Origin: a virus
Taxonomy: Duplodnaviria; Heunggongvirae; Uroviricota; Caudoviricetes
Direction: 5' to 3' (one strand)
Length of the DNA: 6,095 nucleotides
IMG/VR virus record: IMGVR_UViG_2703718800_000011
Both the position numbers and the translations under genes were made by a program. The notes below the pieces were generated by a model. It worked only from the letters and a program-made list of their open reading frames with translations. It had not been told where the DNA came from and searched no databases. Below are positions 5,537-6,095 of this stretch, in pieces (the first letter of the stretch is position 1; every line of letters begins with the position of its first letter).

Positions 5537-5739
5537 AAGTCGCGATGAAAAGGATATTTGTCATCCATAAAGCGCAGCCCCTTAAAACAAAAGCCACTGA
5601 TACTGAATTCAAATACCGACCGGCACGCAACATTCAGCACGGCCTCAAGGCGTTTCGCCTCATCTTTTACCGTCTGGCAGTCCTGCTGGTATTTTTGCCA
5701 CGCAGCCAGCGCGGCAGGGTTTGATGTTTTAAAGAACAT
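5425..5739 (-). CDS. Hypothetical small protein; 3' extent doubtful
   Basis: 104 aa ORF whose ATG overlaps the upstream stop as TAATG. The N-terminal part (MFFKTSNPAALAAWQKYQQDCQTVKDEAKRLEAVLNVA) looks protein-like; the C-terminal part is Cys/Trp-rich and overlaps the 76-aa ORF, so the real gene may be shorter or frameshifted. Confidence 0.3.
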   Translation of the reverse strand: MFFKTSNPAALAAWQKYQQDCQTVKDEAKRLEAVLNVACRSVFEFSISGFCFKGLRFMDDKYPFHRDLWRKPFCGVNIRPSRMPEPMHCCSGWVLISRQSCLAL

Positions 5740-6095
5740 TACTCTACCTCCGCAGAAATCGCGGCAGGCGCAGCCGTCCGGTCAACAATCAGGTAACGCA
5801 GAACATGTTCGGTGATATTCCAGCCGCTTAAACCGCAGATAATGACGCCCAGGCGAATGTCGATATACGCCATCACAAACTGGGGCACGCCTTCTTTCAT
5901 GGCCTGCTCATCAACTTCAGCCACCACATAAACGGTTTCACAGGTCAGAACGCCCTGAGCAAATTCCCACGCCATCGACGGAATATCATGCCCCTCAATC
6001 CACGGCAGGGATTTTCTGAAGCTGCACCACTGAACATCATCAGCCGCACCTTCCTGGCTGCATTTGCGACGAACCGGCTGCACCGGGCGGGGACG
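5739..6095 (-). CDS. Hypothetical early-region protein; N-terminus probably beyond the window end
   Basis: Frame is open from the window edge (6095) to the stop at 5739. The track's start at 6083 is a GTG, and the first in-frame ATG is further in (MAWEFAQGVLTCETVYVVAEVDEQAMKEGVPQFVMAYIDIRLGVIICGLSGW...), so the true start is unresolved. No family recognised. Confidence 0.45.
   Translation of the reverse strand, partial: RPRPVQPVRRKCSQEGAADDVQWCSFRKSLPWIEGHDIPSMAWEFAQGVLTCETVYVVAEVDEQAMKEGVPQFVMAYIDIRLGVIICGLSGWNITEHVLRYLIVDRTAAPAAISAEVE

Larger units (their letters stand above)
1..6095 (-). mobile_element. Internal segment of a Mu-like transposable prophage (early accessory region through lysis cassette to small terminase)
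   Basis: Minus-strand gene order GemA-like, Mor/C-like, SAR endolysin, spanins, small late genes, gp27-like small terminase matches the Mu order gemA-mor/C-lys-gp23-gp24-gp25-gp26-gp27. Genes are tightly packed with ATGA-type start/stop overlaps. No phage ends, transposase or integrase are inside the window, so the element boundaries are not seen. Confidence 0.6.

Noticed and set aside
5558-5815. Plus-strand 85-aa ORF
   Set aside because: Antisense to the early-region genes; no SD; Ser/Gln-rich.
1-6095. CRISPR arrays, tRNA or rRNA genes, and IS elements or integrase
   Set aside because: No regularly spaced repeats other than the two terminator hairpins (720 bp apart, a single pair). No cloverleaf-like or rRNA-like segments recognised. 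No transposase or integrase-like translation in any frame.

Overview
The window reads as an internal segment of a Mu-like (transposable-phage-type) prophage, transcribed almost entirely on the minus strand (high to low coordinates). From right to left: a tightly overlapping block of small early-region genes of unknown function (about 6095 to 4118), a GemA-like gene (4121..3612), a Mor/C-family activator (2822..2400), a SAR-type GH24 endolysin (2328..1828), an overlapped spanin pair, a TraR/DksA-type zinc-finger gene, a membrane-anchored coiled-coil protein in the Mu gp25 position, a gp26-position gene, and the N-terminal part of a Mu gp27-like small terminase running off the left edge. The one clear interruption is an AT-rich cassette at about 2889..3584 carrying a single plus-strand gene (3163..3585, 140 aa, no family I can recognise), bracketed by two near-identical ~31 bp terminator hairpins. 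This moron-like cargo is the best candidate for an undescribed accessory function. All family assignments come from reading the translations and from gene order; no database search was possible, so they are recall-based inferences. No rRNA, tRNA or CRISPR array is evident.
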